Below are positions 63,969 through 64,000 of a stretch of DNA of 64,000 bases, one piece after another. The DNA comes from Parasitella parasitica NRRL 2501 (lineage: Eukaryota; Fungi; Mucoromycota). The DNA lies in the NCBI GenBank assembly GCA_025201805.1, contig MU619270.1:182397-246396 (forward strand), written 5' to 3'. A program made the translations under genes and the position numbers. Numbering within the stretch: the stretch's first letter is position 1; every line of letters begins with the position of its first letter. The notes beneath the pieces are model-generated. The model saw only the letters and a list, made by a program, of their open reading frames with translations. It was not told the DNA's origin and made no database searches.

Positions 63969-64000
<32 letters not shown>

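Overview
AT-rich, intron-containing eukaryotic DNA from a draft scaffold with five N-gaps. Gene content, short introns and the repeat types point to an early-diverging fungus, most likely Mucorales (inference). About 19 protein-coding genes can be supported: a divergent G-alpha (partial), a PH/coiled-coil protein, a fungal TF-domain protein, an F-box protein, a double Zn2Cys6 TF, a thaumatin-like protein, chitin deacetylase, RNA Pol I RPA2, an SS18/SSXT polyQ protein, a myo-inositol-type MFS transporter, GAPDH, mitochondrial DnaJ, BRO1, a Ulp1-type protease, DUF4112, a C2H2 TF, a hypothetical protein and two small ORFs. There is also an expansin-like/RlpA pseudogene. The most structured accessory region is a nested transposon island at about 21.9-30.3 kb. 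It holds a Ty3/gypsy gag-protease relic hit by four LTR insertions and nine LTR copies from three families, three of them clean solo LTRs with 5-bp TSDs. It also holds a frameshifted Crypton-type tyrosine recombinase present twice as a near-identical 1019-bp inverted duplication whose inner boundary is exactly an LTR terminus. A tenth LTR (solo, with TSD) lies at 45.1-45.4 kb. No tRNA, rRNA or CRISPR was recognised. Exon boundaries were read by eye and are provisional.
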